A stretch of 64,000 nucleotides of DNA from Thermotogota bacterium. GTDB lineage: Bacteria; Hydrothermota; Hydrothermia; LBFQ01. Positions 36,575 through 45,497 of this stretch are shown piece after piece. The stretch lies in the NCBI GenBank assembly GCA_013153965.1, contig JAADDJ010000052.1:5944-69943 (forward strand), in the 5' to 3' direction. The translations under genes were made by a program, and so were the position numbers. The notes beneath the pieces were generated by a model, which was not told the origin of the DNA, ran no database searches, and was given only the letters and a program-made list of their open reading frames with translations. Numbering within the stretch: the first letter of the stretch is position 1; each line of letters starts with the position of its first letter.

Positions 36575-37047
36575 TTCTTACCCATGCACTCTCGCACATC
36601 CTCGCAATCCTTCAGCGTCTCGGACTCTATAAGTCGCCTGATCCGCTCTATTATGGCTCTGCAGTCCCATCCCACCACATCATCCGCCGCGCATTGGACG
36701 GGGCACGACAGCTTCGCGCTCCCTCGCGGTCTTATGAGGAGTACGGGTTTCGGCCTCTCAAACTTGCACTTCGCGAGGACTATCTCCTTGTTTATCCACC
36801 TGCTGTAGGTGGAATAGACTCCCCCGAGTATCAGGACCACCTGCGAGGGGGTCATCTGCCTCTTTATGGCCTCGCATAGATCCCTAACGGTGCCGGCATC
36901 ATGGATGGGGTCATCCTCGGGGACCGAGTAGTCCAAGAAGCGCACGTTCGGGTCACAGTCGTTCAATAGGCGGAGCAGACGGCTGTAATGCTCCCCGTAG
37001 CGCCACGAGTGGCTTATAAAGACCCGGAAAGTCTTCCCCCTCCCCAT
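36541..37047 (-). CDS. TIR-like domain protein (ThsB/DUF1863-like) with Cys-rich C-terminal tail
   Basis: FRVFISHSWRYGEHY (TIR beta-A FISHS motif) and SRWINKEIVLA (the W-x3-E catalytic-glutamate motif of DUF1863/ThsB). Strong SD AGGGAGGGAGG in the 11-nt gap after the P2 stop. Confidence 0.7.
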   Translation of the reverse strand: MGRGKTFRVFISHSWRYGEHYSRLLRLLNDCDPNVRFLDYSVPEDDPIHDAGTVRDLCEAIKRQMTPSQVVLILGGVYSTYSRWINKEIVLAKCKFERPKPVLLIRPRGSAKLSCPVQCAADDVVGWDCRAIIERIRRLIESETLKDCEDVRECMGKKCNMRMEICPI

Positions 37048-37058
37048 GGCCTCCCTCC

Positions 37059-37424
37059 CTAATACTTTATCGTGAAGACGGCGAGGCAGGATAGGGAGGT
37101 GTAGCCGAGGATGCAGCCCGCCGTGGAGGATGTGAGACGCAACTTCCGTCGGTATCGGCTATAGCACTCGCTGTATATCCGGACGAAGGTGGGCGATTTG
37201 CCTATAAGCCGTGCGTAGGAGGGATGAGGTTTGACGGTGTAAGCTATGAGCGGTATGATAGGGGCCGTCGTAGGCGTGAATAGAGCCGCCCCGAACCCCA
37301 GAGCGAACCACAGAACCGGATCCTCATCCTCCGCCGCGTCCTTCATAGCCATCTGACATATCCCGCTGGCCCCACCGTAGGACTGCGTGGAAGGCACGGA
37401 CACAAAGAGAAACGGCAAAAGCAT
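37059..37424 (-). CDS. Small secreted/membrane protein P2 (paralog of 35587..35985)
   Basis: Signal peptide, LWFALGFGAALF TM, same RLIGKSPTFVRIYSECYSR...GC motif as P1. Start 1 nt after the glycosyltransferase stop. Confidence 0.5.
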   Translation of the reverse strand: MLLPFLFVSVPSTQSYGGASGICQMAMKDAAEDEDPVLWFALGFGAALFTPTTAPIIPLIAYTVKPHPSYARLIGKSPTFVRIYSECYSRYRRKLRLTSSTAGCILGYTSLSCLAVFTIKY

Positions 37425-37425
37425 G

Positions 37426-38616
37426 CTAACGGACCGTGCTCAAGCTATCCTTCACCACATGCACTATCCTCTCCAAAGTCCCAGGCAAGGCGGATTCAAC
37501 CCTGTCCCAAACGGGTAGCCTCGGCGAGGGAACGGTCTCGTTCTCGTACTCCTTGAAGGCCTCATCTATGCAGTCGGAGAATATCTCTATGTAGCGCAAC
37601 TCCCTGTGAATGTTGAACTCAAGACCGTTGAGCAGGGATATGGTCTCGTACGTATCCACGTAGTCCTTGGCCGTAGTTATGTAGGTTTGCTTTATGGTGC
37701 GCTGAACCCCACTTGAGAAGATGACACCCCGGGACGAGAGCTCAACGAGGAAGGTCTTGAATATGTCCGTGACCATGCGACGCAGATCATCGCCTGGGCG
37801 GTGCTTGTGGTCGTACCTGTGGGCTATCTGCACCTGAACCATCTCCTCTATCCGCATGGTCCTGTAGGCTTCGGCCAGTATGCTCACCTCCATACCCCAA
37901 TCCGAGGGGATGCGGAGGCGACGGAAGACATCTACGTATCCTGCCATCTCTCCGGCGAGCGGATAGCGGAAGTCCCCCATGTACTCAAGGAACGTGTCGT
38001 ACCCGAAGATGATCTTCAGGGCCCGGATCATGGGAAAGTAGAAGAGCCTGACCACCCGACCGTAGAGCCTCTTGCCATAGCGGGCGTAAAAACCCTTGGC
38101 GAATCTGTAGTTTAGGCGGGCTATGGGATAGGCGAGCAGAAGCGGCATCTCCGCCGTGTAGGTCTTTATATCCGCATCGTGAAGGACCAGAACGTCCGTC
38201 TCCCTCTCACCCACCACGTAGCCTATACCCATCCATACGGCCGTCCCCTTCCCCCTCCTGCCGAGAGCGAACTCCCGGGCTATGGTCTGCCTTATCTCCC
38301 GCAGATGAGGGTTGTCGTTCCATATGACCGTTCCCTTACCCCGAAGGATATCCTTGACTATCCGAAGGGCGGTCTTGAACTCGTCGTGCGTGGCTCGGTC
38401 AAGGACGATATAGACCCGGTGTATCCCCTCCGTACTCGCTATGGTTCCGAGGATCTTGACCATCTCCTCCGTGGAGAAGTCGGTGTATAGGGAAGGTATC
38501 AGGACCCCCACCTTCTTGCCCGTCTGCTCAATCTCGGAGGACAGGACCACCGCGTTGCGCTTTCCGGGACGCAGGTAGGGGATGGTGGGTACCAAATTCT
38601 GATGGAGGTCTGCCAT
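37426..38616 (-). CDS. Glycosyltransferase related to mannosyl-/glucosyl-3-phosphoglycerate synthase (GT55/GT81-like)
   Basis: 396 aa; GKGTAVWMGIGYVVGE...HDADIKTY and HRYDHKH segments resemble MpgS (GKGEGML...DADNY; H.H..KG). TACAAT then 8 nt then ATG. Confidence 0.5.
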   Translation of the reverse strand: MADLHQNLVPTIPYLRPGKRNAVVLSSEIEQTGKKVGVLIPSLYTDFSTEEMVKILGTIASTEGIHRVYIVLDRATHDEFKTALRIVKDILRGKGTVIWNDNPHLREIRQTIAREFALGRRGKGTAVWMGIGYVVGERETDVLVLHDADIKTYTAEMPLLLAYPIARLNYRFAKGFYARYGKRLYGRVVRLFYFPMIRALKIIFGYDTFLEYMGDFRYPLAGEMAGYVDVFRRLRIPSDWGMEVSILAEAYRTMRIEEMVQVQIAHRYDHKHRPGDDLRRMVTDIFKTFLVELSSRGVIFSSGVQRTIKQTYITTAKDYVDTYETISLLNGLEFNIHRELRYIEIFSDCIDEAFKEYENETVPSPRLPVWDRVESALPGTLERIVHVVKDSLSTVR

Positions 38617-38644
38617 GTGAAAAAATTGTACGGCTGAATGCCGT

Positions 38645-39850
38645 TTAAGGGTTCTCGTAGGCGGCCACCACGACCGGAGAAGATATTATATCCCTCTTGA
38701 CGGCCTGCAGATCCTCCGCCGTTATGGAATCGTACAGGCTCAGGCTCTCGGATAGGGTGGGAACCCTACCGAACAGGTAGGCGGTCAGGGCCACGTTTAT
38801 GCCCACGCTCTCCACCTCCTCGTAGCTGAACACGAACTCGCTCTTGAACATCCTCTTGACCCGGCCCACGGCCGGAGTATCCACGGGCATACTCTCAAGG
38901 ATGGCGAGGATATCCTCAACCGGGGGTGAGCGCGTCGGAGCCACCTCACCGACGATGACGAGCACGTTTCCACCCGCGTACTCGTAGTTCCGAACGTTGA
39001 ACATCTCCATCTTCCCGCTCTCAATCAGGGGCCACAGGGGGGAGGAGCGCTCCAGGTCAAGCACCCGCGTTAGGACGTTTATGGCGGTGTTGTACCGGAG
39101 GGAGGGCTGCGGAAGGCGAAAGGCCACGATGAACCGCTTGGGACGATTCGCCCTGACCACGCTCCTCTTGAACCATCGGTAGGTGGGCATCCCGTGATTC
39201 GGATGCCTTATTTCCTCGTAGGGCTCCAGATTCCCGAAAGAGTTCTCCACCTCACCGAGGACCTTCTCCAGAGGTAGGCGGCTCACGACGGTGAGTAGGG
39301 CGTTGTTGGGCCTGTAGAGCCTGTCGTAGAAGTCTCTCACGTCCTTTAGGGTGAGATTCCTCACATCCTCCGGCCAGCCGCTGACGGGATGGGAATAGGG
39401 GGAGTCGGGCCACAGGTGCGCGAATATCTCCGTCCATAGGCGCTCGTCATCCTCGTTCTCACTTAGAAGATACTCCTCCAATATCACCCTCTTCTCCGCC
39501 TCAAAGTGGGCGAAGAGGAGGTTTCGCATGCGGTCCGCCTCCAACCTTAGGACGTCGGCGACCCGGCTCGTAGGTACGACCGTGTGATAGACCGTTATGT
39601 CCCTGTCGGTGAATGCGTTGTCCTGCCCTCCCCACGCGTCTATGTAGAGGCTGAAAGGTCCGTAGTTGCGGCTGCCGTTGAACATCAGATGCTCCAGTAT
39701 GTGGGCTACGCCCGTCCGTCCGGAACGCTCATAGGCGGAGCCGGCCCTGTAGAGGAGTACCACCGAGCTGACATCCTCCGGATAGTACTGGTAGTGAAGG
39801 GTCAAACCGTTCGGGAGCCTAAGGGTCTCAACCCTCTCGTTCCACGACAT
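38645..39850 (-). CDS. M16-family zinc peptidase (insulinase-like)
   Basis: HILEHLMFNGS inverted zincin HxxEH motif. Confidence 0.8.
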   Translation of the reverse strand: MSWNERVETLRLPNGLTLHYQYYPEDVSSVVLLYRAGSAYERSGRTGVAHILEHLMFNGSRNYGPFSLYIDAWGGQDNAFTDRDITVYHTVVPTSRVADVLRLEADRMRNLLFAHFEAEKRVILEEYLLSENEDDERLWTEIFAHLWPDSPYSHPVSGWPEDVRNLTLKDVRDFYDRLYRPNNALLTVVSRLPLEKVLGEVENSFGNLEPYEEIRHPNHGMPTYRWFKRSVVRANRPKRFIVAFRLPQPSLRYNTAINVLTRVLDLERSSPLWPLIESGKMEMFNVRNYEYAGGNVLVIVGEVAPTRSPPVEDILAILESMPVDTPAVGRVKRMFKSEFVFSYEEVESVGINVALTAYLFGRVPTLSESLSLYDSITAEDLQAVKRDIISSPVVVAAYENP

Positions 39851-39853
39851 CTC

Positions 39854-40117
39854 CTAAAAGCCGCCCTCAAGTTTCTGGAGGCGTCTCTTCGCCTCGGCCA
39901 CCCTCCTTCCCTCCGGAGAGAACTGTACTATCTTGCGGTATATCTCCATCGCCTTCTTGGGCTCGGCGCGCAGCTCATACACGATGGCCAGATTGTAGAG
40001 GAGCTCGTCGTCGTAAGGCTTGTCCTTCAGGGCCTCCTTCAGGAGGTGCTCCGCCTCGTTGTACCTGCGGTTGAGGATGTAGAACTTCACCTCTTCCAAG
40101 ATGTTCTCAACCTCCAT
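39854..40117 (-). CDS. Small TPR-repeat protein
   Basis: 87 aa with 2 TPR-like repeats. TAGAAT then 9 nt then ATG; coupled 3 nt to the M16 gene. Confidence 0.5.
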   Translation of the reverse strand: MEVENILEEVKFYILNRRYNEAEHLLKEALKDKPYDDELLYNLAIVYELRAEPKKAMEIYRKIVQFSPEGRRVAEAKRRLQKLEGGF

Positions 40118-40178
40118 AAAGGGTGGATTCTAAAGCGGTTCTATCCAATTTACGACGCACGGCGTTAGAATACAGCCC

Positions 40179-42218
40179 TTGAGCAGGATAAGGCGAGAAT
40201 TGAAGATGTTCCTCGTCGCCGGCGTCGTGGCGCTGGTTTTGGTGGCCCTCGGATTCTTGGCTCTGGTCGTCGTCCTCGTCATAAATTCGTCCGAGTTGCC
40301 CGACATAGAGAGGATAGAGGCCTTCAAGCCTCCCCAAGCCACGACCCTCTACGACCGCAACGGCAAGGTTATATACCAGTTCTACGAGGAGCGTCGGGAG
40401 TACGTACCCCTCTCCCGGATATCCCCCAACGTGAGAAACGCCTTCATAGCCCTTGAGGACAAGCGTTTCTACAGGCACTGGGGTATAGACCTGAAGCGCA
40501 CCTTCAAGGCCATGCTCGTCAATCTCCTCTCCATGAGGGTGAGGCAGGGAGGCTCCACCATCACCCAACAGCTGGCCCGGAACATGTTCCTGACCCACAG
40601 GCGCACGCTCCGCAGGAAGTTGCAGGAGCTGGCCCTCGCCCTGAAGTTGGAGGCCACATTCACCAAGGATGAGATCCTTGAGAGGTACCTGAATCAGATA
40701 TACTTCGGCGAGGGGGTCTATGGGGTGCAGTCGGCGGCGAAGTTCTACTTCGGGAAGGACGCCAAGGCTCTGGATAAGAACGAATCCGCCCTACTTGCGG
40801 GCATACCCAAGAATCCCTCCCGATTCTCCCCCTACCGGAATCCGGAGTTGGCGGACAAACGCCGCAAGGTCGTCCTCTGGAGGATGTACAAGGAGGGATT
40901 CATCACCAAGAGGGAGTACGACAGCCTGAAGGCCCACCCTCCGAAGGTACAGCCGAGGCCCAAGACCACCTTCGGTGGGGATGCTCCCTACTTCGCCGAG
41001 CTGGTGCGCCAGTACGTGATGGAGAAGTACGGCGAGAACTTCCTCTACCGTGGCGGAGGCAAGATATACACCACTCTGGATCTGGACCTGCAGAGGATAG
41101 CGAACGGCGTCGTGCGCACCTCCCTAAACCGCTACGAGAAGAAGTGGAAACGATTCCTAAAGCCCACATACGAGGAGTACCGGGGCGGCAAACCCAAGTA
41201 CCTTCAGGCGGCACTCCTGGCCGTGGATACGAACGGGGGGATACTGGCGTACGTGGGAGGGAGGGACTTTCAGCACTCCCAGTTTGACAGGGTTAGACAG
41301 GCGAGGAGGCAGCCGGGCTCGGCTTTCAAGATCTTCGTCTATACGGCCGCCTTCTCCAAGGGCTGGTCCCCCGGAGACACGATAAGGGACGAGCCCATAG
41401 AGATGATGGATGACCTCGGTCGCATATGGTCCCCCCACAACTACGATGGCAAGTACGAGGGGCTTATAACCCTGCGGAGGGCCTTGGCCCTCTCCAAGAA
41501 TGTTCCCGCCGTGAAGCTCACGTTGGAGGTGGGACCCTGGTACGTGGCGGAGATAGCCCGGAAGATGGGAGTGGCCAGCCCCATAAAACCCTTCCCCTCC
41601 ATGGCTCTGGGAGGGATAGAGGTGACCGTGTGGGATATGGTCAGGGCGGTATCCACCCTGATGAACTACGGGAAGCGGCCCAACATATACTACATCACCC
41701 GCATAGAGGACGCCTACGGGAACGTCCTTGAGGAGAACTCCCCCGTTCTGGTGCAGGTCCTTGACCCCAACGTGGCCAAGATGAGCACCTACGCCCTCAC
41801 CTACGTGGTGTGCTGCGGAACCGCCTCAAACTCCCGCGCCTACGGGTGGAACAACTCCATAATCCAAGCGGCGGGCAAGACCGGTACCACGGACAACTAC
41901 AGGGATACGTGGTTCGTGGGATATTCCCCGTACATGGCCGTCGGCGTTTGGGTCGGGTACGACTCCCTGCGGGTGATCTTCCCCGGCGCCACGGGATCGG
42001 AGCTGGCCGTGCCCATATGGGCACGATTCATGGTGCAGGCCCACAAGAGCCTCAAACCTCGCCGCTTCAACCTGAGCGGCCCCTTCCAGTATGCCACTCT
42101 CTGCAAGGAGAGCCTCCTGCTGGCCCGCCCCACGTGCCCGCAGAAGACGACCGAGCTCTTCTGGGCGGGCAAGGCTCCGCAGGACAGCTGTCCCATCCAC
42201 AGGTCGGAGAGCCTTTAG
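40179..42218 (+). CDS. mrcA: Penicillin-binding protein 1A (bifunctional transglycosylase/transpeptidase)
   Basis: GT51 motifs (ALEDKRFYRHWGID, GGSTITQQLAR), transpeptidase SAFK, SKN, KTGTT. TAGAAT then 7 nt then TTG start. Confidence 0.9.
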   Translation: MSRIRRELKMFLVAGVVALVLVALGFLALVVVLVINSSELPDIERIEAFKPPQATTLYDRNGKVIYQFYEERREYVPLSRISPNVRNAFIALEDKRFYRHWGIDLKRTFKAMLVNLLSMRVRQGGSTITQQLARNMFLTHRRTLRRKLQELALALKLEATFTKDEILERYLNQIYFGEGVYGVQSAAKFYFGKDAKALDKNESALLAGIPKNPSRFSPYRNPELADKRRKVVLWRMYKEGFITKREYDSLKAHPPKVQPRPKTTFGGDAPYFAELVRQYVMEKYGENFLYRGGGKIYTTLDLDLQRIANGVVRTSLNRYEKKWKRFLKPTYEEYRGGKPKYLQAALLAVDTNGGILAYVGGRDFQHSQFDRVRQARRQPGSAFKIFVYTAAFSKGWSPGDTIRDEPIEMMDDLGRIWSPHNYDGKYEGLITLRRALALSKNVPAVKLTLEVGPWYVAEIARKMGVASPIKPFPSMALGGIEVTVWDMVRAVSTLMNYGKRPNIYYITRIEDAYGNVLEENSPVLVQVLDPNVAKMSTYALTYVVCCGTASNSRAYGWNNSIIQAAGKTGTTDNYRDTWFVGYSPYMAVGVWVGYDSLRVIFPGATGSELAVPIWARFMVQAHKSLKPRRFNLSGPFQYATLCKESLLLARPTCPQKTTELFWAGKAPQDSCPIHRSESL

Positions 42219-42274
42219 GGGAGACTAAAGCGAAAGTCTTACGCTCTTACGGGCGTATAATACACCCTCTTCAA

Positions 42275-43342
42275 ATGACGAAGTTAGATGAGAGGCTCAC
42301 GGGGTACGTGAAGGGAAAGGTGGGGGAGGATGTGGTGTATGAGGGCTACATCCTCAACGGCGAGAAGTTCATAACGAGAGCTTTCGGCGAGCCGTGGTAC
42401 AAGGGACTCTTGAGCGAGGTTGAGATTCTCAACACCCAGTTCGGAAATCCGGCGAAGTACGCCTACAGCACCTACGGCGAGCGCTACCTTCAGCACATGC
42501 GGGACTTCACCCGCCGAGTTCTGGAGCGAGTCGGAAGGGAGTACGGGGAGGTTGAGGAGGAGTTCTCCGAGATACCCGAGGAGCATGTGAGGGAGATATT
42601 GGGCCTGCCCGAGGAGGAGCAACCCAAACCGAAACCCAAGAGTCGGAGGGACAGGAGCATAGTTTTGGAGCTTCTGAATCGCCCGGTCGTCGTTGAGGGT
42701 AAGTCCAGACGACGGGACAAGCGTCCGGACCTGAAGCGCCTCTTCTCCGCCCTCGGATATCGGACCTTCTACATAAACGGCGAGGGGAACTCCCGGCTTG
42801 AGCCCTACCTGAGGGTGTGCGAGAATATAAAGCACGGCGATACGTCCGTCCTCTTCATATTCCCTCGCTTTAGCGTCCTCGTCGGGCGCATGGATGACAC
42901 CCACTTCGTGGCCGTACCTCCGGGTACCAGCGTTGCCCTTGACACCCTCCGCAACCTCCACTTCCAGACCGTACCGGAGGAGCAACGCCTCCACATATCC
43001 GTCTTCAAGGACGTGGGCGTCCCGGTAGGCAAGGTACATCTAACATCGGAGTCGGTCTTTCGTATATCCGTCTTCCGACATATCGGCGAGGTGGTCAAAG
43101 TTGAGACGGATAAGGAGATGGATCTGGATAGCGTGAAGACCTCCATAGGACGCTATCGTAGGTGGGTCAGGGAGGTGGAGACCTCCCTCGTGGATAACAC
43201 GCCATCCCACCTTACCAGACCCGCCTGGCAGAAGATAGTGATGGCCCATCTGGACGACTATCCCCACCCGGAGGACTTTGAGAGGGCCATTCAGGTGTTC
43301 TCCCACGACAAGGTCAATATACCCAAGTGCGACATAGTTTGA
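42275..43342 (+). CDS. Hypothetical protein (355 aa)
   Basis: Track ORF begins at 41810 inside the PBP gene. First ATG after the PBP stop, preceded by GGCGTATAAT, is 42275 (MTKLDERL...). Confidence 0.45.
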   Translation: MTKLDERLTGYVKGKVGEDVVYEGYILNGEKFITRAFGEPWYKGLLSEVEILNTQFGNPAKYAYSTYGERYLQHMRDFTRRVLERVGREYGEVEEEFSEIPEEHVREILGLPEEEQPKPKPKSRRDRSIVLELLNRPVVVEGKSRRRDKRPDLKRLFSALGYRTFYINGEGNSRLEPYLRVCENIKHGDTSVLFIFPRFSVLVGRMDDTHFVAVPPGTSVALDTLRNLHFQTVPEEQRLHISVFKDVGVPVGKVHLTSESVFRISVFRHIGEVVKVETDKEMDLDSVKTSIGRYRRWVREVETSLVDNTPSHLTRPAWQKIVMAHLDDYPHPEDFERAIQVFSHDKVNIPKCDIV

Positions 43343-43995
43343 GGGGTGTAAATGTCGCCTTCAGACGCATAAGCCGCTTGGGGAGGGAGGTGCTCCGCTT
43401 CCTCCTTGAGGGGCCACCCTCCAACATATACGTGGAGTTGGGGCCGGGTTTCGGCAGGCTACCCGCGATAGCAACCCTCATGGGTATGAGGAGTTTCCTC
43501 TACGATGAGGACCCCTCCCTGAGGGAGCGGTACGACCACCTCTCGTCCCTCTTCAACTTGGGGGACCGGTTGAGACTTACGACCATCGCTCTGGAGAAGC
43601 TCACGTACGCCCACGTGCCGGAGGGGGTGGGTGTGGTCGTGGCCGAGCGCGTGCTCCACTTCCTCCCCTACCCGTCGGCCGTGCGTCTCCTGAGGCTCCT
43701 TCGGACCCGCACCCTGCCCGGCGGCCGATTCTTCCTCTCCCTGTCGGGTCTGAGCTCCCCCATAGGCGAAGGCTACCCGGGCCGGGACGTACCTTTGGAG
43801 GAGCGGTTCCATCCGCCGCGAAGGGACGTGGGGGAGAGGCTCCGGATATCCACACCCGTGTGTCTCTACTCCGCCGAGGACGTCAGAACCTTGGCCGAGG
43901 AGGTTGGGGGATTGAAGGAGATATCCCTGCGGATAACGGACTTTGGGAACGTGGAGGCCATATACGAGCGCCTACCCGACGGGAGGCCTCTCTAA
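43327..43995 (+). CDS. Hypothetical protein, possibly SAM-methyltransferase-like
   Basis: YVELGPGFGRL (motif-I-like). Start uncertain (GTG 43327 / TTG 43378 / GTG 43390 with SD GGGAGGGAG). Confidence 0.3.
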   Translation: MRHSLRGVNVAFRRISRLGREVLRFLLEGPPSNIYVELGPGFGRLPAIATLMGMRSFLYDEDPSLRERYDHLSSLFNLGDRLRLTTIALEKLTYAHVPEGVGVVVAERVLHFLPYPSAVRLLRLLRTRTLPGGRFFLSLSGLSSPIGEGYPGRDVPLEERFHPPRRDVGERLRISTPVCLYSAEDVRTLAEEVGGLKEISLRITDFGNVEAIYERLPDGRPL

Positions 43996-44943
43996 AGGCA
44001 AAAGCACCTCCCTCGTTCCGCTCCCGAATCTCACCACCCTGAGCCGAAGTCCGGCTCTCATGCGGAACGTTCCATCGCCGGTCCTAAGGTCGTACCCCTT
44101 CGGGGGGAGGACGAAGAGCCCCTTGGGCAGCCTGGATATGCTCCCCATATCAAACATCACCACCATCCTCCCCTCCGGGAGCTTCCAACGCACGGCACGG
44201 CTCCTATCCAGCCGTAAGGAGCATATCCTCCGCCTGAAGGGTTTGGATCTGGATGGGGATTCAACCTCCCAAACCATCTCCACATCGCACAGGTCGTATC
44301 CGCGAGCCGGCACCCGCAAACTTATCTCGTCGCCCGCGCTCCTTATGAGGAGACCGGCCAGTTTGGGAGAGCCGGCCAACCTTACCGGGTACTTGGAGCC
44401 CAAGACCGTAATGAAAACGTCCCGAAATCCCTCGGATGAGAGTTTGACGACGGGACAGAGTATGTAATCCCGCTCCATAACCGCCGGACCCTTGGGCAAC
44501 TCCACGACCATCTCCTCCCCGGTGAATACCCTCCTCTCCAGCGTGTGAAACTTGAAGCACCCGTCCCCTATCTCCAGAACGCCGACCTCCGCCTTAACCG
44601 TACCGACCGGCTCACCGAACCCCAACCTCAAAACGAAATCCTCCCTCCGCTCCTTGAGGGATACCTGCCGGATTTGAGTTCCCAACGATGGGGGAGTCAA
44701 CCACCTCCAAGGTGGGAGCCGGGTCATTCTCAGGGTCTCCCCATCCCCCACGACCACGGGCAGGAGGAGGAGCGTGGCCGCTCCCACAACGACGAAAGCG
44801 ACAAATATGAGCACATATACGCTCTTCGCGATTAGGGTAAAAATGGCACCCAACACGATTCCAGCCCCAACGAGCCAAATGGCCGCCTTTGTTGAGCATC
44901 TCCGAACCTCCTCACAGTCAAAGATAAACTTCCCTTCCCACAT
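43972..44943 (-). CDS. Hypothetical membrane-anchored protein
   Basis: 323 aa, N-terminal 2 TM then soluble beta-rich domain. Confidence 0.4.
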   Translation of the reverse strand: MWEGKFIFDCEEVRRCSTKAAIWLVGAGIVLGAIFTLIAKSVYVLIFVAFVVVGAATLLLLPVVVGDGETLRMTRLPPWRWLTPPSLGTQIRQVSLKERREDFVLRLGFGEPVGTVKAEVGVLEIGDGCFKFHTLERRVFTGEEMVVELPKGPAVMERDYILCPVVKLSSEGFRDVFITVLGSKYPVRLAGSPKLAGLLIRSAGDEISLRVPARGYDLCDVEMVWEVESPSRSKPFRRRICSLRLDRSRAVRWKLPEGRMVVMFDMGSISRLPKGLFVLPPKGYDLRTGDGTFRMRAGLRLRVVRFGSGTREVLLPLERPPVG

Positions 44944-45014
44944 ATGGGGGATTTTAACGGGGATTCGGTCGGAGTTTCAACCGGGTCGTACGACAACCGT
45001 AAAATACGGTACCT

Positions 45015-45497
45015 ATGCTGTTCGTTTTAGGTTTAACCGTTAGCAACGCTTGGGCGCGCCCCGGCATGAAGGGGGGCAACTCCGCGGCATACTTCATCGT
45101 CATAAACGAGTCCGACAAGCCCGACACCCTCTACGGTGCCGCCGTCAAGGAGGACATCGTGAGCCGCGTTGAGATACACGAGACCTACGACGCCGGAGAT
45201 GGGAAGATGGGCATGCGCCACATCCCCTACATCGTGATACCCCCCAAGGGGAGGATGGTCTTCAGGCCCGGCGGCTACCACATCATGCTCATCGGTCTGA
45301 AGAAGACGCTCGCGGAAGGGGACAAATTTACCCTGGTACTCAAGTTCAAGCGGGCCGGCGAGATAGTGGTTAAGGATGTGGAGGTGCATGTGAGCCCGCC
45401 CGAGGAGTTCAAGAAGGCTCTTGAGGAGGGGAAAGGCTCTCAAAAACCCCAGAAGGCGGAGCATAAGCATAGGGAGAAGAAGAAGAACGTAAGGTAG
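45015..45497 (+). CDS. Periplasmic copper chaperone PCu(A)C (DUF461)
   Basis: H-x-Met-rich copper motif (IHETYDAGDGKMGMRH), 160 aa with signal peptide. TAAAAT then 9 nt then ATG. Confidence 0.65.
   Translation: MLFVLGLTVSNAWARPGMKGGNSAAYFIVINESDKPDTLYGAAVKEDIVSRVEIHETYDAGDGKMGMRHIPYIVIPPKGRMVFRPGGYHIMLIGLKKTLAEGDKFTLVLKFKRAGEIVVKDVEVHVSPPEEFKKALEEGKGSQKPQKAEHKHREKKKNVR

Noticed and set aside
36092-37424. TIR-TM-paralog cluster as a recently acquired genomic island
   Set aside because: GC content and codon usage (frequent ATA/AGG, same third-position bias) match flanking housekeeping genes. Genes are translationally coupled into a native operon, with no mobility genes. Treated as a resident, possibly ancient, module.
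41810-42274. 5' part of track ORF 41810..43342, overlapping the PBP1A 3' end
   Set aside because: Out-of-frame read-through of the PBP1A coding region (Arg/Pro/Gly-rich). First plausible start after the PBP stop, with an upstream TATAAT, is ATG 42275.
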